A DNA stretch of 64,000 nucleotides, taken from NCBI RefSeq assembly GCF_009914755.1, contig NC_060930.1. One strand, written 5' to 3'. The DNA comes from the human T2T-CHM13v2.0 reference genome, Homo sapiens. The notes beneath the pieces were generated by a model, which had not been told where the DNA came from, searched no databases, and saw only the letters and a program-made list of their open reading frames with translations. The translations under genes were made by a program, and so were the position numbers. Shown piece by piece: positions 13,280 through 26,623 of this stretch. Numbering within the stretch: the stretch's first letter is position 1; every line of letters starts with the position of its first letter.

Positions 13280-14525
13280 AAACCCTCTCTTCAATATATT
13301 CAGACACATTACACTTTCTACTAGGTTTGCATCCCAGAGTTTTTTGACCTGTTCTAATCTGTCCCAGTTACTCTCTGAGCACAGTTCTGGTTCTGGGATC
13401 TAAGGGAGTCCTGGGGAATTTCTTTTTCTCTCTCTGTTCTTGGATTTCTGTTATCTGGACTCAGTGTTTTCTATTTCTTGGTGTACTATTTGATTTGGTG
13501 GAATACCTCTTTCCATAGCTTCTTGATAAAGCACACACACTGAGTAAAAATGTTCAGAGCTTGAATGTTTTAAAATGTATTCGTTTTACTCCTGCATTTG
13601 ACTAAGTTTTGCTGATATTGAATTTCAGGTGAAAATCAATTTTCCTCCAAATGTATTATATCAATTTTTAAAGTCATTAAATCCATTATTTGTATCAATT
13701 TTCCTCTAGCTTCCATGTTGCTGTAGATAAATCTGATTTTCTGATTCTTGATTCTTTGGATGTAACTTGTTGTTTCCTACTGGAAGTCCTATAATTTCTT
13801 TCTTCCCACTGTTTTAAAATTTCATGGTGACGTATCTTGATGTAGATCTTTTTAAATTTTATTATGCTGAACATTAGGCCACTTTCAACCTAGAGTCTCA
13901 AGTCCTTCAGCTACAAAAAATTTTCTGAAATTACCTTGTAGATTTTCCCATTAGCGTTGTATCTTTTTTTTTTTCTAAAACTTCTTTTGTTGGACCTCCT
14001 GAACTGAACTTCTATGTATTTTGTTTTTTTTACATATACTTTTTCTTTCATATTTTACCTAGTCCTTATGCTCTACATTCTTGGAAATTTCTTCAAATTT
14101 ACTTCCATTCCTTCCATATAGTTTTCATTTCTGCTATCATATTTTACTTGTGAAGGGTTCTTCCGTTTTTCCCTGAATGTTTCTTTAAAAAATCCTTCTG
14201 TTTTGCCTTACAAATGCACCATCTTTTATCTCTTATTTTACTGTAGACCAATAGCTTTCATATTTCAAGATTAGAACATGTAACATTGCAGAAAAGAGAC
14301 TGATATAAATTACTCTAGAAGATATATGACAAAATTGAAGTTTCAACTGAAACTTTCTATAAATAATAAGCAATACATTTTCACTTACCTTGTCTTCTCT
14401 GCAGCTATTAATAGATTTTGTAAAGTCTTCACCTCACTATACTGTTTATTCTAAGATGCTCTTCCTCTAGATTTACTTTGGTTAACATATTTTATAACAG
14501 AGACTTTCCCTGGATGTCTGGGTAC
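13280..14525 (-). mobile_element. Old L1M (L1ME-like) 5'/ORF1 remnant with an unrelated ~165-bp insert at about 14234-14400
   Basis: TTTTGCTGATATTGAATTTCAGGTGAAAATCAATTTTCCTC; AAATTTCATGGTGACGTATCTTGATGTAGATCTTTT; AGAGACTTTCCCTGGATGTCTGGG. Confidence 0.6.
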
Positions 14526-14529
14526 GATC

Positions 14530-14950
14530 CAGCAACTAGGTATGGTCTCACAGGACCTGAAGAAACTCTGGCTTCTGGGGTGGCTGTGTAAAGGGGCTAG
14601 GTAGTACACCCAGAAGTGCTGGGAAACTAAAGCCTCTTGTGGAAGTCTTTGACCAATAGATAGGAAACCAAAGATGAGTCAGCACATAAATTGCTCACTT
14701 CCCCCATTTCCTCCCAACAACAGAGTCTTCCAAATTACTATGATTATATGTGGTCTCCCTGAAGAAATACCATGTGACCAATTATTGAGCCTGTGATTTC
14801 CTGAGGAGTTACGGTGAATTGACAATGCATTTGCTTTCCTTTTTTTTTCCACCTCAGTTTTCCCTTTCTGTTGTTTCACTGGGGTTGTATTATCCAAAAA
14901 AGTGGCAGCATATAAGCTTTGCTTCAGGATCTGTTTTCTAGAGTAAACCT
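14530..14950 (+). mobile_element. ERVL LTR (LTR16-like)
   Basis: 3' end GCATATAAGCTTTGCTTCAGGATCTGTTTTCTAGAGTAAACC resembles LTR16/33-family termini. Confidence 0.5.
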
Positions 14951-14959
14951 CCTCATATG

Positions 14960-15110
14960 TTAATGTTCATAAAAATTACCTGAGTAATTCAATGAAGTAC
15001 AGATTCTGATTCAATACTCGGGCTGGGGACTGAGAGTCTGTGTTTCCAACAGGCTCCCAAGTGATGCCAATGCAGCTGGTCTGTGGATCACATTTTGAGT
15101 TACAAAGCTG
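14960..15110 (-). mobile_element. MER5A-like MITE
   Basis: GATTCTGATTCAAT...CAACAGGCTCCCAAGTGATGCCAATGCAGCTGGTCTGTGGATCACATTTTGAG. Confidence 0.7.
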
Positions 15111-17267
15111 TAGGAAACACAGTGTAAGGCAATTGGTATAGAAGTGTCATGGTACTAACCCCTGGTGTGCTTTACTATATTAATATGCTTTAATATGTTG
15201 TTAAAGCTGTTACATATGGTTAATTTGGCTGAGGTACAGGTGAGTGACATAGCATTAGAATATATCTCCTGTACTTGAACATTATCTGAGAAAACAATAA
15301 TTATAAGGATTGCAGTGTTGATGGCTGCTTCTGACATCAACAGAAGCCTTGCAAAAAAAAAATATGGGCTTAAGACAGCTGACTGATAACCTATGTCATG
15401 CTGTGACAGTCAGAGGACCTTATGGCAATTTTAACAAAACTTTCATCTCCTGCAACTGCATGACTGACTGGACTGAAATTCAGTCCCTCGATCTGTTTAT
15501 AAGATGGCAAGTCTGTAAAAAAAACTAAATGTGCAGGCTCAATAGTTCCTCTGTGTCTAAATGAGAGTTCTGATAAGAAAAAGAGTTCTGAGAACTGGGG
15601 TACAAACACTTGGGTGAATATGCCTGAGAGCCATTAACCCCAAGGAGGTCAAGGAGAGTATGTGTAACCCTTTGCCAGGCCTTGGAGAGTATGTGATTAC
15701 TTCGAGTAAGTCAATGCCCCAGACGATGATGTTCATTGTCATTAAGATCTGTCCCCACCATATTTCATTGCTTCCAGACAATAACCAGGGTTAGCTCCCA
15801 GCACAGCCTAAGCAGGGAAGTACAAGACTGATGCAGAAGAAACAATTACATACCAACAGAATTGTAGAAACAGGATGTATGTATATATACATATATATGA
15901 ATATGAATATATATATATTAATGAATACACACACACACCAGCAGGAACATGGGATTACATGCAGGATGGGATCTTGAGGGGGTTAACTGGGGTGAGGTGA
16001 AGCATATGGGTTGGGTAAGAGAGAATTCATAGGGATTTCACCCAGTTCAGTGTTCTAACGAGTATGTCTATAGCTAGTCTTAATAATTTGTTGAGATAAC
16101 TCCTTGAAACTTGGATATGCAGTGGCCTACAGTAAGTAAGGTAGTAATGCCAGAACTTTTTTTGGCAGAGTATTGAAGAAGGTCAGAAGGCTTAGTGTGG
16201 TGGAAATCTTAGAACTGAATTAGCACCTGAGACCCCTGACTATGTCCCTGAGAGGCAAGAGGGAAAAATCCATTCTCTAAAGCAGTAAGCACTGGTGAAG
16301 GGAACCTCCAATATCTTTGAGACCTTTGGCTGTGGTTGTCCTCTGAAGGTCATAGAACTTGGATCCCAATATCAATGGGGATGGCGTTATTATATAACAA
16401 CTGAGGCTGGTAGCAGCATTAGTTATCAGAGGTAAAAGGAACATGATTACTATAATGGGCAGTAAGACAAGAGTGGCAATCAGTGAGCCTTGACCACAGA
16501 CCTATGGTGATGGCTAATAGATTATAAATTTCTTAGGACCAAGATGGAGGGGAAGTTGACTTGAGTGTTGCTTGATTTGCATAACAAAAATAATTGATAT
16601 CTAAAAAGCAGACAGCTGACATCAGTTGTAGCCATGGAAAAATCATTACCTTACCTGGTTTCCAGACCGGGTATAGTTCACAGCAGCAGAGTCTAGTGAA
16701 AAAGAGGCTATTCCTCTTGGAAAAACAACCTGAAGTGCCAACTCAGATACATATGATAAATGTATTCAGGTCTTTTCCTCAAAGACCCTGTGACCAGGGT
16801 AATTTTACTCTGGGAAAAATGGAACATCTAGACTTTTTGAAGACTGCAAGATATGGCGGCTGAGCTGACACTTATAATAGGAGATCTGAACCATGCTGGT
16901 TCTCTGGGTAGAGTGGAGATTTATGACGTTCAGATACTATATGGACTTTTAGTCCAAGGTTTTCTTATTGTGGGTCCACGCAGTTCGCAGATCTACCCCA
17001 TGGTTATACTTCAAATATATACTTAGAAGATGATAGACTCCTCACAATGAAGGGCCAATTACAAGCTCCTAGGGCTAACCTCCACTCTCTTGACCAGGAT
17101 AAGTGTACCAAAAGCATACAGCATCCTGAGGGGTATTGAAATGAGCACTGCTATCAAACACTTAGAAGATGTAAAGTGGTTTCCATCATGTCTCCATTAA
17201 ATTTACCAACCAGACCTCTGCAAAAACCAGATGGATCATGGTTGATGAAAGAGGACTACTGGAAATG

Positions 17268-17270
<3 letters not shown>

Positions 17271-17317
<47 letters not shown>
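17271..17317. repeat. (TG)23 microsatellite
   Basis: Directly visible perfect tract. Confidence 0.97.
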
Positions 17318-17319
<2 letters not shown>

Positions 17320-17411
17320 GTGGTGGTGGGTATTGGTAGCTTCATTTTTGGCTACTACAGCATCGAGACACTTGGTATGCAACTATTAATTTGGGGAACG
17401 CTTTCCTTTGA

Positions 17412-17794
<383 letters not shown>

Positions 17795-19583
17795 TCCCTA
17801 CTTCCTTTCACAGATATCAGACCTGAATTGCACTCTCTGACTGTTTATTCCTTTTCCTCTTCCTTTTATCTACCACAAGCATTTTCCTTAATAAATAAAT
17901 TGAACAAATAATACCATCTTGGAGTGGTAGAAAGTATTTCTTGAATGATGATACAAATTAATATAAGGTAGAAGTAGGATTTATCCATTCCCAGTAGTCC
18001 ATTTATGGAATTTCTGTTTCCCTGACCTGCCTCTTTAGGGTCTGCTGAGTTAGAGTTCCTTGGTCACAGATGGTAGTGACTTCTTCTAGGAGACAAAGTC
18101 AGATCCACTGACCTGAAAGCTGTAATTATTACCTGGCCATTCTGTATTAAGCATAACTAGACCAACAAAGCCAGGCATAGTGAATTTGATTATCATTAGG
18201 ACCTTGGGTTGTGACTACAAATTTGGGGGCATGGAATAATTATGTCTGATAGCCAAAGGACTCACTAGTTTGTCTACTGGTGTGCTTCTGTGGCCAGTGA
18301 TAAGGGGTAGTGGGCAATTCCATCCACCATAGCAGTATAATTGAAGGCTTTGACTTCTCAGGAATGATTGTCTAATTCCACTAAGTCAGCACAATGCCAG
18401 CCAAGGATGAGGGAAGTCTAGAATGAGGTAGAGTAGGGACCTAACTACTAATTATGCCTACAGGAGTAACTGCAGCATTAAGGATCAAAGTTTAGCTCAG
18501 CATTAAGGATTAAGCATCCACTGTAATGGCCAGTGAAATCTTCTAAAGAGACCAATTCTACTGCTCTCTTTACCACTGGCCATTATACCTGATGTGCTAC
18601 TTAGAACATTTTAGGTATTCAATAAATGCTTGTTGAAGAACAAAAAACATAACATCAGCAAATTGCTTCTACTCATGATGGGAGCCCCTAAATAGGCTTT
18701 CCTAACAGCTTTCCTGTTCTTAGTGTAAATGATATGCTGTACTTCTAATAGTAAATCATTAATTTGGGGTTTTGCTATAAATCACTCTCATGACCTTCAC
18801 TTGTGTAAGTTTTCCAAAATTCTGATCACTAGAGAAATTGTTTGATCACTAATGTTCCAACTTGAAGCTTTGACAAATCAAATATATTAGAATATAAAGG
18901 CTGTCTGAACATCTTTTGTCTCCTCCAGGTCTTCTGTAAGTTTGAGAGAGCCTGGGCTGTTTTTGATGCTTGCAGGGTATTAGATAATAAACATTACATG
19001 GAGTTAAAATAACTGTAGTATATTTTAAATGTTTACAAGCAATAAAATAATGTTTTTACCTCTCAAAGTAAAACTTATTATAATTATTATAATTCCCTTA
19101 TTACCATAGGCTGTCAACAGTCTGAATATGAGGCCCATCATGAATGTGGGACTGGGACAAATAGATCTCAATGTTCCACTCCACTGAGCTTGACCCTGCT
19201 CAACTCAACAGACTTTTAACTTGTTGGCACTTTAAAGCATTTTTCAATGACTCTTTTATGCTTCTGAGAAATAGTTCTGCACTTCCATAAAGTGCACCTG
19301 GAAATATTGGTACATTTTGAATAATAGCTTTCATATTTCAAAATTAGATCTGATAACTTGCTCTATGGAAGAATGAGAAAAACAGAAGCTCAGCTAGAAG
19401 AAATTATATAACATGCAGTTTAGGTTGATATACATAAAACTATGCATAGGTAATAAGTGATATCATACCACTTGAGGGGATATTTTTGGAAATAAATACT
19501 ATTCCTTTTATTAAGTTTAAATAAATGTTACATACATAGCAGCAAAAGTATTTATCAGTGGGAGCTTTTTAAGTGTGGGTTGG

Positions 19584-19910
19584 TGATATGGTTTGGCTGT
19601 GTCCCCGCCCAAATCTCATCTTGAATTCCCATATGTTGTGGTAGGGACCCAGTGGGAGGTAATTGAATTATGGGGGGAAGTCTTTCCTGTGCTGTTCTCA
19701 TGATAGTGAATAAGTCTCAAGAGATCTGATGGTTTTAAAAATGAGATCTTCCCTGCACAAGCTCTTTCTCACTCTCTTTGCCTGCTGCCATCCATGTAAG
19801 ATGTGACTTGCTCCTCCTTGCCTTCTGCCATGATTGTGAGGCCCTCTCAGTCACGTGGAACTGTATGTCCATTAAACCTCTTTCTTTTGTAAATTGCCCA
19901 GCCTTGGGCA
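19584..19910 (+). mobile_element. THE1 (A/B) solo LTR with a small 3' internal deletion
   Basis: TGATATGGTTTGGCTGTGTCCCC start; ATTAAA polyA signal; ends CA; 5-bp TSD GTTGG at 19579-19583 and 19911-19915. Confidence 0.92.
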
Positions 19911-21844
19911 GTTGGTATAAATCATCCTTGAAATCTTCTGGAACTAAATTGTTTTGCAATAATCTTTGAGTGTGCCCATGATCACAAAATTGAGTAATAT
20001 AGATATGGGGACCACAGGCACAGAACCTTGTTGTAGACATGTGATCAGGATATGGCAAGGGTATGTATCTTTCTTGTGACTATAAACAGTTGAATGTCCT
20101 TCTGGCTGTCAGATTTTGAATCCTACAAACTACTATTTGTAGAGCAGAATATTGTGGCAGGCACTGTGCTATGAATGTTGATTTAAGACTCCTCATGAGT
20201 GGTTATTCTTTCTCATTTATCACTCTATCCATAATGCTGAAGACACAATTAGGAGCTTGACAATTATTGATGGCATGTTTTAAAATGAATATGCTACCAC
20301 ATTTGATCCTCACACTGACCCCATGAGATATGTATTATAAACAATTCTACAGATGAGAAGCTGAGGTCAAGTAGCTAGTAAGTAGTAGATTTACTAGCTA
20401 CTGAATCTTAACTTGTAGGCAGATTCAATTTGGGATCAATTATGCTGAGACGTCCGGAGGGCAGAGTATTATGGCACAGACATTTGGAATTTGCTTGATG
20501 GGCTTTATTTGCACATTAAAAAGCACATTACATAGCCAAGTGATATAAACACTCATTTGGGGTCAGAATGATGACTAAGTGGGTAGCTCTGATCCTAAGT
20601 GTTCATGATATTGTTATTCCATAGTATATATTCTATATGAGCCTCTGGGAGAGGCATGTATATATTGTTTTTAACTTGAATGCCTGTTCTGTTTTCCTAG
20701 AAACCTGAGCCAATACTTTCCTGAGTAACTGGAAAGTGTTTAAATTGTATTTTACTTGTTTTTCTGTCTTTTTTCCCATTTAGAACCATATATTCAAGAC
20801 CAAAGATCATATCTCATAATGAGGAGCAGCATAAGATGGAAGCAGCTGAATGAATAAAACTGAGATGAAATAATTTGTCCAAAGTTGTATATTTGGTAAG
20901 TGGTGGAGCCTAGATAAGAATCTAGGTTAGTGTATTTCAAAAGCTGATAATCCCACTTCCTTCCCTGATGTCCCTGAACGATGATAAAAGATCTAACTAT
21001 GTGAAGTTGTTTGATCCTAACATATAGTTGGATCCTTTCTGCTCTGGTAGAGACATATATCTGAATTCATTGATGTTTCATATTTTTATACTTTGAACCT
21101 GGGAAAAACAAATCAGGCAGGGGAAACAGGTATAAAAGAGTAACCAACATATTATTAGCTGCTGTGCACAGATGTTTAAACAGTTAAATATTTATGTTAA
21201 TTGTGCTGTAATTCTTTCCTGTATGTGGTGCATGCACATCTTGGTTGTAGCTTTGATTGCAGCAGGTTCTTCTATGTGGTGAAATCAGGCTTGTATGGCT
21301 TGAGAATTAATATAAGATCTAACCTAAGATATGCAACTGACCTAACTGCCATGACAGAACTTTCTCACTGGGCACATGACAGACATAGTTTTGTGGAGCC
21401 TGGTAAAATGATGCTTTAAGCTGGAAGTAAAAAGTGGCATCACCTAAAGGGACCCTTAACAGATGAAGCAGGTGTGAGGCTCTAGCAGTATCCCAGGCCC
21501 TCAGGAAACACACTATGTCCCACAATTTAATCAATAATTCTGCTGTTGATAACTCTTCTGACCTTCTGTGGACACATCTGTGGAGATGGTGTGTGCCAAG
21601 AAGTCCACCTGGAATCAACTGAAGGCCAATGTTTCAGTCTGGGTGTGGAGTGGTAAGCAAAGAGACTGGTCCTCGCTGGGTGGTCTGGAGTAGGATGTTG
21701 TTCCAGTTCAAAAGAATGAGCTGGAAAATTGCCTACATACACATTCATGAAACAGTCTAATGTGTTCTGGAGGAAATTGCTCATAAAGTGCTGCATTCTA
21801 AGGATCTGGTATACAATCCAAGCATCACACTAGAACATTTAAAT

Positions 21845-22320
21845 TTATTTTATTATTTATTCCTTTACTTAGCAAGTATTTATGGACTACCAGGCATGTG
21901 TCAGGCACTATCCTAAACCACTGAGGCTCGAAGATGAATGCAACACAGTTTTTGCCCTCAAGGAGCTCTCAGTTGAAGAAGGAGACAGATATATTAAAAT
22001 GTGGTTATAAAATAAGTGCAATATTATTGGCAGTTTTTAAATTGCAGAGGATATTGCTGGAGCACCAAGAAAGGACAACTAAACTCGTGTGGTGTGTAGA
22101 TGAAGTTTCAGGGAAGTGTCCTGGTCAAGGTAGCCCTTGTGTTGGGTCTGAAAATAGAAGCTGCAGTGTATCTGGCAAAATATAGGGAAAAAAACAATCC
22201 ACGTAGAGGAACTTGGAGAAGCAAAGCACCAAACAGCAATGTGCCACTTTTGAGAATGTCATGAATTTTCTTGTTGATGGAGTGCAGTCAAGATGAATAT
22301 AATGTGTCCAGAATGTAATC
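21845..22320 (-). mobile_element. L2 LINE 3' end
   Basis: AGCAAGTATTTATGGACTACC...GTGTCAGGCACTATCCTAA...TGCCCTCAAGGAGCTCTCAG. Confidence 0.7.
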
Positions 22321-22589
22321 TTCCCTGTCCAAAAGCATACCCAGGTTGTTCTCTTTCTCGAGCTCTTTAAAAAAAAGAAAAGAAAAGAAAAACAAAACAA
22401 AACCAAAAAACTCTACAAAAAATGAAAGAGTCCTAATTTGGTGTGATTTGCAAGTATTCATAATTTGAGTAATAAATCAGAGTTCAAGTGATGAAATTTC
22501 CATGTGTAATAATCATGACAACAGAATCACTCTCTGGTCTGTTTCTGGATAAAGAAGCTTAAGGCTGGAAAGAGGCACCTGCTTTCTGC

Positions 22590-24800
22590 AGGGAGAAGAC
22601 TGCCAAATTAAGCAGAAATGTAATCAGGAGCACTACCCTGGCATCTTTTTAATGGAGACACTAATCTCTGCCTTCCCTTCCGGTTTGCGCAATTGTTTTT
22701 GATTGACTGTCTTGGTCTGTGGGACAAGAACAGTTTCAGAGGTTTCCATTCAGTTTTCTCCACTATGATAGCTCTTACTCCATAGGCTGAGGACTCAATG
22801 TAGGGTAACGCCATCTGCCTAGTATGTCAATTCCAGTTATAAAATGGGGAACTGAGGAAATGACCACTTGGTCCATATGCCTTATAAGCTAGATTTTAAG
22901 CAGAACTCCATTTATTATCAGGCATCTGAAAGTTCCCTCTTTAAAAGGGTCTATGATGATGCTTTGGGTCTCTGGGAACCAGTGTCAACTCAGACCTTGT
23001 GTCTTGATATGTCTGGGTATTCCTCTTTTCCCAGTGTATCCAGTCACCCAAGTATATGGACATATATCTCTTTGGGGAAGGACTGCGGAAATCATTACGG
23101 TATATGTTTATTGCAGTGTTGCAGTGTTCTTCTTCTAGGGACCCCTTGAAGTCAAGGCATTTTGGATCTACAAATTGGCCCAACTCCAGAAACTGAGCAA
23201 GAGATTGTAACTTTTAATTAGGGTGACTGTCCTCAGCTTCTTGTTCTTCCATTCTTCCCTTTTTACTTGTTGTAGAGGTTATACAGCACACTTTCTGGCT
23301 ACTCGTCTGTTGTATAACTTGAAGATGCCATGTCCTAATAACCATCTTCACAATTCCCTGTGGGACAAGACTCTTAGCTACCTCAACAACCTTGCAAGGG
23401 ATTATGGCAATTGCACCTTCCTGGTTTCTGTTGGTTAAATACACCCACCTAGCCTCTATTACTTTCAGGTCCCATCATCATCATGAATATTAATGATGAC
23501 TGCCTTCCCTAAAGTCAGCCCTAGCCTTCTGAGGAGAGGTAGCACGTACTTCTCAGTGATGCTCATACTACTCCCACCCATGCATTTTTAATGGCCTTAG
23601 TGAATGGTATGCTCTCCAGGCTTTATGTAGAACATAATCATCTAGTCTTAACAATATATCCATTCCAGCACACACTCTTCCCTCAGCCTCTACTATAAGC
23701 CAAGGCAACTCAGGAATTTCCACTTTTCTCAGCATTTGCCGTAACTTTCTTCGAGCATCAAAGAGCTACTCTAGCAGTGAGTTTGTTGTATTACCTGGAG
23801 TCTTTGCCAGAGTACTAAATATAATTCACCAAGAAAGTGTCCTTAAGCCAGTAAATTTTTGATTATTTAATCTTACATTCTGGATCCCTTGATATAGTAC
23901 CTTTTACCAATCTGGGTCTAATTACAAACCAGAAACTACAATGTAATACGAACAAAGGGTTTTAAAAGTAAAGAATTATTAAACTATGGTACAGGAATAA
24001 CTATAAAGATATAAAAATGACCCTAAAGTGATTCCTAGGACTGAGGAAACATATCCAAGGAAGGAACATCTTGGAAAGAAGGTGTCCTCCCAAGGCCAGG
24101 GTTCAGACCTCAGTGGAGTAGGTATGGTTGCAACTGGATGGCTGAGATGTTTGCTGTTTTTTTTGGGCCAAAGTTGTTCTGCTTTTGTCAGGTGGCAGAA
24201 AACAACCTTTTGGGGTATAGGTGAACTGGGGCTGGTAGGTGAGCATGGAGAAGGGTTTAGGGCGCCATTGCCAGTGCAAGTTCTGGGGTGCGCCAGTGTT
24301 GACAACAGGAAGACTGCAGTGAGGTGGTCACTGGAAGGGCTGCAAAGTCATCAAGGGAAACTGTTCAGCTTCCATGTGCACTCTTGTATACTTCTTTCTA
24401 ACAAGAGAGACCTATCCTTTTTGTAGGTGAAGAAGTTCTCTCGTACTGTTACCCAAAATGAGATGACACACAATTCCAACAGTCTCAGGAAACACTGCAG
24501 AACCGTTTTCAGAGTAATCCATCCAGGTGTCCCATCCAGTAGTTTAGGGTGTCCCAACCAGGGTTCTTAGCATAACAGACTTGCCTTGGGTGAAAGTTGA
24601 AGTGTCTCTGGAGCTCTGAGACTCAACTGTCGAAGCTCTAGGGTGTTGCTCAGCTGTGTCTACTCTTCCACTTCAGAGATAAGGGCATCTTTTTAAGCTA
24701 CCAAAGTGTTGTCCTGATTCTCACGGTTAGGTTTTAACTGTCTGTTAATGACTCACAGTTACTCATCATCCACCTATAGGGCATCAAAACAACTTAGCCA
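22590..24800 (-). mobile_element. Second ERVL internal remnant (gag-pro-pol start), interrupted by a probable LTR at about 23903-24330
   Basis: Minus-strand frames read AYGVRAIIVEKTEWKPLKL (ERVL TCGVRAIMVGKAKWKPLEL) and HWEKRNTQTYQDTRSELTLVPRDPK (ERVL protease LLDTGSELTLIPGDPK). Confidence 0.78.
23903..24330 (-). mobile_element. Probable ERVL-class solo LTR nested in the ERVL internal sequence
   Basis: TACCAATCTGGGTCTAATTACAAACCAGAAACTACA...AAAGAATTATTAAACTAT resembles reverse LTR termini; boundaries approximate. Confidence 0.4.
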
Positions 24801-25069
24801 CCTCTATTTTTTTTTGTATATTTTCTTTGTATTTATATTTTCCAAAATATTTTTCATGTAGTTTTATCATTTTATGGCTGAATTTGGAGGTAATTAGAAC
24901 CTTTCTATGTTCAGTTTTCAATATATAATCATGGCATATCTCTCTATTTATGAAGGAATTTAAAAAATATATTTCAATATAACTTTATAGAACAATGAGA
25001 GACATATTATAGAACAATATATTTCGTAATATTGAAGTTCTAGTCCATGAACATAACTCTCCATTAACT

Positions 25070-25381
25070 TATTTATGTATTTATTTTATTTTATTTTTTG
25101 AGACAAGGTCTTGCTCTGTCACCCAGGCTGGAGTGCAGTGGCACAATCGTGGCTCACGGCAGTCTCCACCTCCTGGGCTCAAAGGATCCTCCCACCTCAG
25201 TCCTCTGAATGGCTGGGACTACAGGTATGCGCCACCACACCTGGCTAATTTTTGCATTTTTTGCAGAGGTGAGGTTTCTCCATGTTGTCCAGGCTGGTTG
25301 AGAACTCCTGGGTCCAAGCAATCCACCTGCCTTGGCCTCCCAAAGTGCTGGGATTGCAGGTATGAACCTTCATGACCGGCT
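25070..25381 (-). mobile_element. AluJ
   Basis: GAGACAAGGTCTTGCTCTGTCACCCAGG...CTCCTGGGCTCAAAGGATCCTCCCACCTCAG (J-type); (TTTTA)n tail. Confidence 0.92.
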
Positions 25382-25424
25382 CAGTTGTTGCTTTTTAACA
25401 GTGATATTAAGAATCAGAATCAGA

Positions 25425-25610
25425 TGGCAGTATGAGGTAAGTAGTTTATTTAACATTTGGAGTCAGATATACCTGGGTCTGAATCTTAGTGTACTTAACA
25501 ATAAGATTGAGTTAATAATAGTGTTTACCTCAGAAAGATCTGTGGTAAGGACCAAGTAAGATAATGTACATAAAGCTCTTAGCACAAAACATAACACATC
25601 ACACTCAATA
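25425..25610 (+). mobile_element. MIR SINE
   Basis: TTGGAGTCAGATATACCTGGGTCTGAATC...ATAATGTACATAAAGCTCTTAGCACA. Confidence 0.65.
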
Positions 25611-26168
25611 GATTTTCCCTGTAAAAATATTCAACAGTTAATTAAAGACTAGAACCATTTCACAACTATAAGGATCAAAGAAATGAGGGACTGGAAACAA
25701 GAAAGATAAGCAGGGAGTCAGAATATTTCATTTGTTAAATTCTGTTTCTTGGTGGTTTCATTTTGAAGATGGATAGCTCATTATCTTTTGGTCTAAAAGA
25801 CAGTTCTTTTATCTCAGCAACTGAATTCTAAGGGAGGTAGCAGTGAACAAGCTTATTAAAATCTCCATAATAAGGGAGCTTACATTCTAGTGGGGTATGG
25901 CTGTGTGTTCCCTCATTTCTGCAGAAACCCTCTTTGTCTGCATCAGAGGAGCTCTCTGCAAAGATTAGTTCAGCTGGAGCAGGAAGGCTGTGGTGGATTT
26001 CTACAAGGGTAGGAGAGAGAAACATCATTCTTTGCAATACCTCTTGGGTTCTTTATCAGAATTTTCTTCCTTCTCATAAACAGTGTAGTGGTTAAAAATG
26101 TAAGCCCTGCCCAGATTTGCATTTGCTTTCATCCACCAAAATGCTTTTGTATGTCCTGGGTAAATTAC

Positions 26169-26623
26169 TGTACTAGGCTTCATCTGTTTCTCCAAATCTA
26201 TTCTCCAGTCTTCTCCACCCTGCTCTGCAGCCTGGAGGCTGGCCTCTAGGGACTGCATTGCCAAGTTCTCTTTACCTCTGGTTTACAGTTGGGTTCAACT
26301 AATGGGAGATGATTCAGAAGATCCAAGAGAGGAAAAAGAGCGGGAGGGGAGGGTAGTTATTCTCCCAGATGCCTGCCTTCCAGGCCACAGTTTGTCAATC
26401 ACTGTGCACTTGTCTCAAAGGCTTCAGCTGCTGTTGACTGGTCTTGCAATGTTCCAGATTGGGACAATAAGGACTTTCTAATGGTGCTATCCCTTCACCA
26501 TTGCTTGCTGGTTTCCCTTAACCATTCCCACAATTTTGTAAATAGCCCTTCATTTAATTATCTTTGTTTACCTCTTTTGAAGTTTCCTTCTGTTCCCTGC
26601 TGGGATGGATCCCATCAGGTACA
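26169..26623 (+). mobile_element. LTR33-like ERVL solo LTR nested in a MIR (MIR about 26080-26765)
   Basis: TGTAC...TACA termini; CTATTCTCCAGTCTTCTCCACCCTGCTCTGC...GGAGGCTGGCCTCT; TSD ATTAC/ATTAT; MIR halves on both sides. Confidence 0.72.
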
